Assembly: GCA_963716725.1 (NCBI GenBank)
Contig: CAVQUB010000011.1
Span: 256,001 to 320,000 of the forward strand
Length of the DNA stretch: 64,000 bases
Source: an uncultured delta proteobacterium
GTDB lineage: Bacteria > Myxococcota_A > Polyangia > Polyangiales > Polyangiaceae
Direction of reading: 5' to 3'
The translations under genes and the position numbers were made by a program. Each line of letters opens with the position of its first letter. The stretch's first letter is position 1. Under the pieces are notes generated by a model. That model searched no databases and was not told the DNA's origin. It was given only the letters and a program-made list of their open reading frames with translations. Of this stretch, positions 10,152 to 18,577 are shown in pieces.

Positions 10152-11579
10152 ATGACGTTTCGGCGAGCGGCTGGGGTGATGATCGCGTGCGGCCTGCTGT
10201 GTTTTGCCTGTGGGGGCGAGGACGAAAGCCGGGGCAACGGTGGCGCGGGAGGCAGCGGCGGAAGCGGCGGAAGCGTCACCGGAGGAAGTGCCGGAGTTGG
10301 AAGCGGCGGGCAGAGCGGCGGAAACGGAGGCGGCGCAGGAGCGGGCGGCAGCGCCGGCAGCAGTGCTACCGGGGGCAGCGGCGGAAGCGGCGGAAGCGGT
10401 GGAAGCGGTGGCGGCACAGCTGGCAAGGGCAGCCTGATCGTGAGCCCGAAGTCTGCGGCGTGGTTTGCGCACTCGGGCGGCGCGCGGCACTTCTTGTGCG
10501 CTGCAGGAGATCCCGAAGGCTTCTTGTACCGCGGCACGCGCCAGCCCGACGGATCACGCGACGGCGATCAATCGGCGTTGATCCAGAAGCTGGCCCCCAC
10601 CGGAGCCAACGGCATCTACCTCATGGCCGTGCGCTCCCATGGCGGCGATGGTGGTCCGAGCGAAAACCCTTTCGTCGACTCCGATCCGGCCAAGGGACTC
10701 GACAACGACATCCTCGACCAATGGGAAACCTGGTTTTCGGCCATGGATGCCGCCGGCATCGTCATCTACTTCTTCTTCTACGACGACTCGGCCAGCATCT
10801 GGGGCGGCAATCAGGTCCAAGGGCCCGAAAAGGCCTTCGTCGAAGCGCTGGTCAACCGCTACGAGCACCACGACCACCTGGTCTGGGTGGTGGCCGAGGA
10901 GTACAGCGAGAAGCTCTCGAAGGCGCGCGTCAGCTCCTTGGCGGCAACGATCCGCGCAGCCGATGCCAAGCAGCACCCGATCGGTGTGCACCAGCTCAAC
11001 GGGCTCGTCTTCGACTTCTCCGGCGACCCCAACGTCGATCAGTTCACGATCCAGCACAACGTGGGGACCGCAGGCGCGTTGCACTCGGGCATGGTGCAGA
11101 CCTTCCAAGCCGCGGCCGGCAAATACAACCTGAACATGAGCGAAGCGGCGGGCTACGGCGCCGGCACCACTGCCCGACGCAAGAGTTGGGCAACGGCCCT
11201 CGGCGGCGCCTACGTGATGATTCTGGGAATGGACATCGCCAGCACCGCCGTCAGCGATCTCCAAGACTGCGGACGCCTGCGCGGCTTCATGGAGAAGACC
11301 CGCTTCGACGAGATGTCGCCTCACGACGAGCTGGCGCATGCCGGCAGCCAATACGTGCTCGCGAAGCCGGGCGAGGCGTACATCGCCTACAGCGCAAGCG
11401 CCGGTGGCGCCCTCGGATTGAAGGCGTTGCCCGCAGGCAAGTACGATCTGACTTGGCTGGACGCGGCGACGGGCACCGAGGTCGTCGAGAGCGGCAAGAC
11501 GTTGCCCGGAGGCGACTCCGCCTTGCCGAAACCGAGCGGCATCGGCGCTGAAGCTGTCATGTACGTCGAGAAGAAGTGA
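10152..11579 (+). CDS. Lipoprotein with putative clan GH-A glycoside hydrolase TIM barrel (DUF4038/GH140-like) and C-terminal beta-sandwich
   Basis: Start ATG 10152; lipobox CFAC; Gly/Ser linker; candidate catalytic Glu in WVVAEEY and NMSE; C-terminal LAKPGEAYIAY...GKYDLTWLD. Confidence 0.6.
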   Translation: MTFRRAAGVMIACGLLCFACGGEDESRGNGGAGGSGGSGGSVTGGSAGVGSGGQSGGNGGGAGAGGSAGSSATGGSGGSGGSGGSGGGTAGKGSLIVSPKSAAWFAHSGGARHFLCAAGDPEGFLYRGTRQPDGSRDGDQSALIQKLAPTGANGIYLMAVRSHGGDGGPSENPFVDSDPAKGLDNDILDQWETWFSAMDAAGIVIYFFFYDDSASIWGGNQVQGPEKAFVEALVNRYEHHDHLVWVVAEEYSEKLSKARVSSLAATIRAADAKQHPIGVHQLNGLVFDFSGDPNVDQFTIQHNVGTAGALHSGMVQTFQAAAGKYNLNMSEAAGYGAGTTARRKSWATALGGAYVMILGMDIASTAVSDLQDCGRLRGFMEKTRFDEMSPHDELAHAGSQYVLAKPGEAYIAYSASAGGALGLKALPAGKYDLTWLDAATGTEVVESGKTLPGGDSALPKPSGIGAEAVMYVEKK

Positions 11580-11688
11580 TCCATCGGCTCTGTGCCACCA
11601 AGACAGCGCCGGGCGCACCCAGACAGGATCCCGGCCACGCCCAGATCGTGCCCGCGATGGGCTGCCGCGAGCTATAGTGACCGTCGGC

Positions 11689-12579
11689 ATGAACAGACAA
11701 TTGGCCGTGGCCGTGGCGCTGTTCGCCCTGGGTTGCGGAGAAGATCCGGAAGACGTCGAGCTGCTCCCACCCAAGCCGCTCAACGTGATGACCTTCAACG
11801 TGCTCTGCTCGGTGTGCAACCCGAGCGAGTACGATCCCTGGGACGAACGCCTCAGCTACTTCGCGGACATCTTCCAGCGACACGATCCCGATCTGATCGG
11901 CGTCCAAGAGCTGACTCCGCTAGCCGGCGAGGTCGACTCGCTGCTCGCCGCGGCCCCGGGGCATGGCGCGCTGTTCTTCCAGCAAGAAGAGTGGCCGCCC
12001 TATCCGGACGCCACGATCTTCTATCGGAAGTCGCGCTTCCGTGTGCTCGAGCAGGGCGAGTACTGGCTGAGCCCAACGCCCGACGTGCCACGTTCGACCG
12101 GCTTCGCCCAGCCGCAGCTGCCCCGCCTGGTGGTCTGGGCGCGCCTGCTCGACAAGGCGGGAGATCGCGAGATGTTCTTCGCCAGCACGCACTTCGACAA
12201 CAACGCACCCAGCCAAGCGCTGAGCGCACCGCTGGTGCTGGAGCGAACCGCGCCCTTCGCGGCGGCGCTGCCAGTGGTGTTCGTCGGCGACTTCAACTCA
12301 CGACCCAACTCCGAGGCTTACAAGACCCTCTCCACGGACGCCTCCCACGGCTTCGTCTTCCAGAACGCCTACGATCTGGCGCCAAACCCCGGTGTTATCG
12401 AAAACCAAGACCCCGATCCCGTCTACGATCCGGCGGATCGCATCGACCACGTGCTTGTCGCCGGCGCCGGCGTGAGCTGGAGCGCAACGAGCTGGGCCGC
12501 AGATCTCAAGGTCTACGGCAGCAAGAACCGCTATCCGTCGGATCACTTCGCGATCGCGACCACGCTGGACCGACCCTGA
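11689..12579 (+). CDS. Endonuclease/exonuclease/phosphatase (EEP) family lipoprotein
   Basis: MTFNV, IGVQE, STHFD, GDFN, RIDH and PSDH motifs; lipobox ALGC. Confidence 0.92.
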   Translation: MNRQLAVAVALFALGCGEDPEDVELLPPKPLNVMTFNVLCSVCNPSEYDPWDERLSYFADIFQRHDPDLIGVQELTPLAGEVDSLLAAAPGHGALFFQQEEWPPYPDATIFYRKSRFRVLEQGEYWLSPTPDVPRSTGFAQPQLPRLVVWARLLDKAGDREMFFASTHFDNNAPSQALSAPLVLERTAPFAAALPVVFVGDFNSRPNSEAYKTLSTDASHGFVFQNAYDLAPNPGVIENQDPDPVYDPADRIDHVLVAGAGVSWSATSWAADLKVYGSKNRYPSDHFAIATTLDRP

Positions 12580-12598
12580 CCGCGGGGCCCTGGCGCGA

Positions 12599-13633
12599 TC
12601 ACTCTTCCGCCTTCTTCCACTCGGCTTGGTAGCTCATGCCGAGGGTCAGCAGTCGCTGCAACAGGTGCGAATAGCGGATCCCCGCGAACTCGGCGCTCTC
12701 GGCAAAGTCCTCACCGTACTTCACCTCGGGGTTCGGGTTGGCCTCCAAGACGAAGACGCGCCCGTCCTCGCGCAGCCGCAGGTCCATGCGCGCGTAGCCG
12801 CTGAGCCCGAGCGCGCGGTAGACGCGCTTGGCGATGTGCGCGATCTCTTTCTCCTGAGCCTCGCCCAGGTCCTTCGCGCGACGGGTCCGGATCTTGTACT
12901 TCTGCTGGTAGTCGATGTCCCACTTCAGCTTGGCGGTGGCAATGTGGTGGGTGCCCTCGGGGAGTTTGTCGAAGGGCAGCTCCCAGACCGGAAGCGTCTG
13001 AAGCCGTTGGTTGCCGAGCACGCCGACGTAGAGTTCACGACCCTCGATGAACTCCTCGGCGATGGCGTCCACGCCGAAGGTCTCGTGCATGAAGGTCACA
13101 CGCTCCACGAGCTTTTCGTCGGTGGTCACCACCGAGGCCTGAGAAATGCCCAGGCTCGCCTCCTCATTCACGCTCTTGACGAGCAGCGGGTAGGCCAGGC
13201 GTCGGGGCTTGCGCGGGCGGCGACCCCGGGGAAATACGTGGAACTTCGGCGCCCGGATCCGGTGCGCCGCCATGATCTGCTTCGACAGCGCTTTGTCGCG
13301 CGCCAGCATCATGCCGCGCGGGTTGCAGCCGGTGTAGGGCCTGCGCAACAGCTCCAGGTAGCTGACGACGTGCATGTCGTAGACAGCGACTCCGTGAAAG
13401 TGCACGAGCAGGTTGAAGGTGACGTGCGGGTCGTGCTGGGTGATGGCCGCGCGGATCACGCCGAGATCACTGCCCACCCCCAAGGTGATCACCTCGTGAC
13501 CGAGCTCTTCGAGCCCGGCCAAGACGTCGTACTCGGTGGCCCACTTTGCGATCTCCTTGTCGGAGTAGCCCTCCACGGTCTCGGGCGGCACGAGATCGTC
13601 GTGCATCAAAACGAGGACGCGGAGCTTCTTCAT
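12599..13633 (-). CDS. D-Ala-D-Ala-ligase-like ATP-grasp protein
   Basis: YTG...DKALSK; LVKSVNEEASLGI; EEFIEGRE; RMDLR...LEANPNP; lacks the canonical Ddl N-terminal GGxSxE. Confidence 0.85.
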   Translation of the reverse strand: MKKLRVLVLMHDDLVPPETVEGYSDKEIAKWATEYDVLAGLEELGHEVITLGVGSDLGVIRAAITQHDPHVTFNLLVHFHGVAVYDMHVVSYLELLRRPYTGCNPRGMMLARDKALSKQIMAAHRIRAPKFHVFPRGRRPRKPRRLAYPLLVKSVNEEASLGISQASVVTTDEKLVERVTFMHETFGVDAIAEEFIEGRELYVGVLGNQRLQTLPVWELPFDKLPEGTHHIATAKLKWDIDYQQKYKIRTRRAKDLGEAQEKEIAHIAKRVYRALGLSGYARMDLRLREDGRVFVLEANPNPEVKYGEDFAESAEFAGIRYSHLLQRLLTLGMSYQAEWKKAEE

Positions 13634-14706
13634 CGCACGAGCCGGTGGTGACCCTCGTGCAGATAGTTCATCGTCTGCACGGTCAACAAGACTAGTGCAT
13701 CTTGCTTGGCAATGTCTTCCGTTCGATCCGTGCGCATGTCCAACTCCTCGCAGCGGAAGATCATTTCTTCGAGCACTTGATCGATCGTGTACTGGTACTC
13801 GCCGGTCCAGCGGGCGACCATGCGACGGATCTCCGGCCGCACCTTGCGCAAGAAGGCCGCGGCGCTCTTTCCCCGCACTCCTTCCGGCAGAGGCGGAAAC
13901 AGTCGCCTCAGGTCGGCATCGTAAAAGTTTGGGTGATCGAGCCCGTAGCGCTTCTTCTTCGCGGCGTAGTGCTCTCCGAGGGTGATTTTGAGCCCGCTGA
14001 GCACCTCGATGCGCGCTCGGGAGCGCAGCACCGGCTTGGCGTCGGCGACGTCTCGCATCAGCTCATCGACGAGCTCGAGCTTCTTCAAAGCGGGCCAACC
14101 GAGGTAGCGCTTGCGCCAGCGCGAGTTGGGGTCGAGCCACACCGCGAAGCTCTCGGCCCAGTCCTCTGCCGGGTGGCTCTGGGCGTACCACATGTCCAAG
14201 TGCTGGACGTAGCTGCGGCTGTAGGGCTTCGGCTTGTAGAATCTGGAGTACGGCGCCGCGAAGCTCCCGAAGGTGTCACGCCAACCTTTTCGGTAGTGCA
14301 AGCGGTACGCTGTGTCGATGGCGTGGGCGGCCTCGTGCCGAAGGAGCCGCATGCACCAGCGCGGCGTGCCGCCCTCCACGTCGAGGATCTGCCGCTGCTC
14401 GAGCTCCATCAGGCGCGGGTGCGCCAGATAGAAAGGGATGGCGATGCCCGGGACGCCATCTGGCGAAAACCACTCGGTCGACAGCCAGACGTGCGGTCGA
14501 AACCCGAGGCCCCGAGCTTCGAGATCGGCGTACAGGCGCTCGACGCGTTCCTCGATCACGGTCCCCTCGATCTCGATGGGCAAATCGCAGAGGCGCATCT
14601 CGAGCAATTTGTCGTCGGCAAGGTCCTTCCAGCGTGACGCTCGGCGTGCCGGTCCCTTGCGACCCGGCGCGGGCGCCGATCGCGAGTTCGTGCGAGGCGA
14701 AGGCAT
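13630..14706 (-). CDS. Putative zinc-binding metallopeptidase (zincin)
   Basis: HEAAH (HExxH); YAQSHPAEDWAESFA; ATGA-coupled to the ATP-grasp gene. Confidence 0.85.
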   Translation of the reverse strand: MPSPRTNSRSAPAPGRKGPARRASRWKDLADDKLLEMRLCDLPIEIEGTVIEERVERLYADLEARGLGFRPHVWLSTEWFSPDGVPGIAIPFYLAHPRLMELEQRQILDVEGGTPRWCMRLLRHEAAHAIDTAYRLHYRKGWRDTFGSFAAPYSRFYKPKPYSRSYVQHLDMWYAQSHPAEDWAESFAVWLDPNSRWRKRYLGWPALKKLELVDELMRDVADAKPVLRSRARIEVLSGLKITLGEHYAAKKKRYGLDHPNFYDADLRRLFPPLPEGVRGKSAAAFLRKVRPEIRRMVARWTGEYQYTIDQVLEEMIFRCEELDMRTDRTEDIAKQDALVLLTVQTMNYLHEGHHRLVR

Positions 14707-14858
14707 CTGGCCACGCTACCACGGCGCTCGGACGCTCCGAGGGCGCGCCAGGCCGACGCGCGGGCTCGGTCGCCGCGCCGGCGTGGCGTGGCTTGGCGGT
14801 GCTGCCTGGACTCGCCGAAAGCTCCGCGCCATAAGCCGGGCAGACCACTGGGGGCCCA

Positions 14859-16440
14859 ATGTTTTCCGAAAAGAACCCTGCCGATCTCTCCCCGCTCTCG
14901 AGGGTCGAAGCGACCAACCTCGAAGAGCTGTCCCGCATCGTCGCTGCTGCCCGGGAGGCGCAGACCGAGTGGGCCGAGCGCTCGGTGGACTCCCGAGCTC
15001 GGGCGTTGCTCTCGCTCGCGCGGACCCTCCTGGAGCGACGGGCGGAGGTCTTGCCGATCTTGTCCGAGGAGACCGGGCGCAGCGAGACCGAGTGCCTGAT
15101 GAGCGAGCTCGCGGGCGCCGTCGAGTTCTTCAAGCAAGCAATTCGCGCGGGCAAGAAGGCCCTCACCCCCGAGAAGATCAAGAATCTCCGCCCTGGACTA
15201 TCCGGGCAAGAAGGCCGTCGTCGAGCTGCTGCCGCGAGGAGTCGTCGGCATCATCGCTCCTTGGAACTACCCCCTCGGCAACTTCATGAAGGCGCTGGTC
15301 CCCGCGCTCTTGAGCGGCAACGCCGTCGTGCTCAAGCCCAGCGAGCAGACGCCGCGCACCGGGGCCTGGCTCGCCAAGGTCGCCGGCGACGTGTTGCCCA
15401 AGAACTTGGTCGGCCTGGTGCAGGGCGCCGGGGACGTCGGCCAGGCGCTGCTCGATGCTCCCATCGACGCCATCGTCTTCACCGGCTCGGTCACGACCGG
15501 CAAGCGCGTCGCGGTGCGCGCCGCTGAGAGACTGATGCCGTACTCGGTGGAGCTGGGAGGCAAGGACGCCGCCATCGTGCTGGCGGACTGCGATCTGGAT
15601 CGCACCGTCGCGGGCATCGCCCAGTGGGGAATGCACAACTCGGGGCAGAACTGCTCGGGTATCGAGCGGGTCTACGTCGAAGCGTCCATCGCCGATGCCT
15701 TCATCGAGAAGCTGGGACGCTTCGTGGCCTCGCTGCGCGTCTCGCCGCAGACCGCGGCGAGCGATCTCGGACCGCTGCAGAACGAGCCGCAACTGCGCAT
15801 CGTCGAGCGCCACGTGAGCGACGCGAAGGAGCGCGGCGCTAGGGTGGTGTGCGGCGGCGAACCGACGGGCAAGGGCTTCGGGTATCGCCCCACCGTGCTC
15901 GACCGCTGCACGCACGAGATGACGGTGATGCGCGAGGAGACCTTCGGTCCGGTGCTGGCCGTGATGCGCGTCGAGGACGCCGAAGAAGCGTTGAAGCTCG
16001 CCAACGACTCGAGCTACGGCCTCAACGGCTCGGTCTGGACGCGGGACATCGCGCGCGGAGCCGCCCTCGCGCGGCGCCTCTCGGTCGGCGTGGCCCTGGT
16101 GAACAACCACTCGATCACCGGCATCCTGCCCGAGACCCCGTGGACGGGAGTCAAGGACACCGGACCTGGCATTGCGTCGAGCCGTCACGCCTACCTGACC
16201 TTCACGCGCCCACGCACGGTGTTCGTGGACACATCGAGCAAGCCGGACCCATGGTGGATGCCCGCGGACGACAACCTGCGCGCGTTCGGCGAAGCGCTGA
16301 TCGAGCGCCAGCTGCACGGCGGATTCGGGGTCCTCCTGCGACTCGGCGGCCTGGTCGGCAAGCGCGTGAAGGCCATACAGGCGGCCGTGAACGCACCGGC
16401 GCCGAAGGCGCTGCCGGCTCCGAAAGATAGGGTGGACTGA
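14859..16440 (+). pseudogene. Aldehyde dehydrogenase interrupted by a +1 frameshift at about 15183 (pseudogene or sequencing error)
   Basis: The N-terminal frame (…ETGRSETE…PEKIK) joins ISALDYPGKKAVVELLPRGVVGIIAPWNYP if one A at 15183 is removed. Downstream LKPSE, FTGS, ELGGK, GQNC and EETFGP are intact. Confidence 0.85.
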
Positions 16441-16459
16441 AGCGGGTTTGTCCCGATCC

Positions 16460-16484
16460 GAAACCATCCGCGCGCCTGGACGTA
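16460..16484 (+). promoter_or_regulatory. Putative ECF sigma-factor promoter for the MNIO cluster
   Basis: GAAAC-N16-CGTA, 50 nt upstream of ATG 16535; RBS AGGAGG at 16520-16525. Confidence 0.55.
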
Positions 16485-16534
16485 GCTATCTGGGCGACTA
16501 TTGGTCCAGAATCGTACATAGGAGGTCCCCGGAC

Positions 16535-16897
16535 ATGCCCCACAAGCTCAGCTTCGCCACCATTGCAGCCACTCTCGCCGCTCTCAGCACCGCGGCCTGC
16601 GGTGGCACGAACGCACCCGCGGAAGCACCCGTCGCTGGGCGAGAAATCCCGGCGGCGTCCGAGTCGGCGCCCGAAGCAGCCGCAGCTGAAGACCAAGCCA
16701 CCCCCACCCCGGCCACGGACGCGACCGCGGACCCACCCGCGGCGGGAACTGCGGACGCCAATCCCACGGATCCTGCGGGCGCCGCGACGGTCGCCCCTCC
16801 CCCCGCTCCGGTGGTGAAGAAGGTCACCCCCAAGAAGGTCACCCCAAAGAAGGCTGCCGGAGCCAAAGCCGCCTGCGGCGCTGGGACCTGCGGCTGA
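16535..16897 (+). CDS. Putative MNIO-modified RiPP precursor lipoprotein (C-terminal KAACGAGTCG)
   Basis: Strong RBS; signal peptide with lipobox-like STAAC; Ala/Pro/Thr-rich disordered linker; KKVTP repeat; terminal CG-x3-CG; 11 bp upstream of DUF692. Confidence 0.8.
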   Translation: MPHKLSFATIAATLAALSTAACGGTNAPAEAPVAGREIPAASESAPEAAAAEDQATPTPATDATADPPAAGTADANPTDPAGAATVAPPPAPVVKKVTPKKVTPKKAAGAKAACGAGTCG

Positions 16898-16908
16898 ACC
16901 GGGGCCGC

Positions 16909-17778
16909 ATGTCGCGCGAGGGGCGTGAACTGGACGGAGTAGGGCTCGGCCTGCGCTGGGAATTCCTCGAGGCGGTGCTCGACGGACCAGAATTGGACGT
17001 CGCATTCTGGGAGGTCTGTCCCGAGAACTACATGCACCGCGGCGGCTACTACCCGGACGCGCTCGCTCGCATCGCCGAGCGCACGCCGGTGGTGACCCAC
17101 GGCCTGTCGCTCTCCGTCGGCGCGAGCGATCCCGCGCCGATGGACTACCTGACCGAACTCCGAACGGAAACCCAGCGCCTCGGCACGCCGTGGCACAGCG
17201 ATCACCTATGCCTCTCGAGCGCAGGCCCGCTCATGTTGCACGAGCTCATCCCGCTGAAGCAGAGCAGCGCGAACGCGATTCGCGCCGCCGAGCGGGTTCG
17301 CCGCGCGCGCGACGTGCTGGGACTCCCGATGTTGGTGGAGAATATCACCTGGTACGCGCACCCAGGCCGGCGCGAGATCCCCGAGGCCGATTTCATCACT
17401 GAGGTCGTCGAGCGCGCCGACGCGAGCCTGCTCCTGGACGTCAACAACGTGTGGGTCAACTCCCAGAACCACGGCTTCGATCCGCGAGCTTTCATCGCGG
17501 CGCTGCCCCTCGGTCGCGTGCGACAGATCCACGTCGCCGGCCATACCAAGACCGACTCCGGCTTGATCCTGGACACCCACGGAGCGCCCGTGGTCGACCC
17601 GGTGGTCGATTTGCTCGAGTGGACGCTGGAGCGGACCGGTCCAATGCCCGTCCTGCTCGAACGTGATCATCAGGTTCCCGAGCTGTCTGAGCTGCTCGCG
17701 GAAGTGCGCCGGCTCACCGAGGCTTACAACCGCGCGCTTGCGCGCCGCAAGGAGGCACCGCTTGCCCGAAGCGCTTGA
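16909..17778 (+). CDS. DUF692 multinuclear non-heme iron oxidative enzyme (MbnB/TglH/ChrH family)
   Basis: GVGLGLR, EVCPENY, HGLSLS, WHSDHL, LVEN, LLLDVNN, QIHVAGH, DTHG and LLERD motifs. Confidence 0.95.
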   Translation: MSREGRELDGVGLGLRWEFLEAVLDGPELDVAFWEVCPENYMHRGGYYPDALARIAERTPVVTHGLSLSVGASDPAPMDYLTELRTETQRLGTPWHSDHLCLSSAGPLMLHELIPLKQSSANAIRAAERVRRARDVLGLPMLVENITWYAHPGRREIPEADFITEVVERADASLLLDVNNVWVNSQNHGFDPRAFIAALPLGRVRQIHVAGHTKTDSGLILDTHGAPVVDPVVDLLEWTLERTGPMPVLLERDHQVPELSELLAEVRRLTEAYNRALARRKEAPLARSA

Positions 17779-18568
17779 GGTCGCCATGGCCAAGCTGGCG
17801 TTCGGCCCGGAGATCGCCGCGGACGACCCGGAAGCCGTGCGCGCCTGGCTCACCGAGAGTCAGGTGAGCGATGACGACGCACGAGCCATGCTGGAAGAGG
17901 GCGTCGAGCGGCTGTTCGTCTATCGCGGGTTGATCCGCTCGACGCTCCGCGAAGCCCTCCGGAGCGCCATCCCACGGACGATGGAGCGCTTGGGCGAGGT
18001 CTTCGACGAGTGCTTCGCTCGCTACCTGCGCGAGGCCGGTCCGCGCTCGCGCTACCTGCGCGACGTCACCACCGAGTTCCTGGACTTCTGCGCTCCGCTG
18101 TGGGCAATCGATCCCCGCGTGCCGGCCTGGGCCATGGACCTCGCGCGGCACGAGGCAGTGCAGATCGTGGTGGCCTCCGAGCGCGCGCGTCTGCCCACGC
18201 GCGAACCGGGCGAGCTCGCGCTCGCCTCCGCCGTCCGCTTCATCGAGGCGACTCGCCTCATGCGCTATGACTACGCGGTGCACCGCCTGAGCGACGCGCT
18301 CGCCGACCGAACTCCGCCCGCAGCAGAGGCGACGGCCCTCTTCGTGTACCGCAGCCCCGAGCACGAGGTGCGCTACCTCGAATTGAGCCCGCTGGCTGCG
18401 GCCATCCTCGAGCGGCTGATCGCAGAAACGCCGCTCGAGAGCGCCATTGTCGGCGCCTGCGACCAACTGGGCGTGGTCCTCGACGACGAGGGCGTGCGAG
18501 GCACGGCGGCCTTGCTCGCCGATCTCGCCGAGCGCGGCGCGCTGCTCGGCGCTCTCGAACCCAGCTAA
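17762..18568 (+). CDS. DUF2063-type MNIO partner protein (HvfC/BufC-like)
   Basis: TTG 17762 with RBS AAGGAGG, overlapping the DUF692 stop; RLFVYRGL...P and DLARHE motifs; C-terminal winged-helix/RRE-like segment (LADLAERGAL). Confidence 0.8.
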   Translation: MPEALEVAMAKLAFGPEIAADDPEAVRAWLTESQVSDDDARAMLEEGVERLFVYRGLIRSTLREALRSAIPRTMERLGEVFDECFARYLREAGPRSRYLRDVTTEFLDFCAPLWAIDPRVPAWAMDLARHEAVQIVVASERARLPTREPGELALASAVRFIEATRLMRYDYAVHRLSDALADRTPPAAEATALFVYRSPEHEVRYLELSPLAAAILERLIAETPLESAIVGACDQLGVVLDDEGVRGTAALLADLAERGALLGALEPS

Positions 18569-18577
18569 GGTGACGAC

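Noticed and set aside
12599..13633. Calling the ATP-grasp gene ddl or vanA
   Set aside because: It lacks the N-terminal Ddl motif and has no mur or van context
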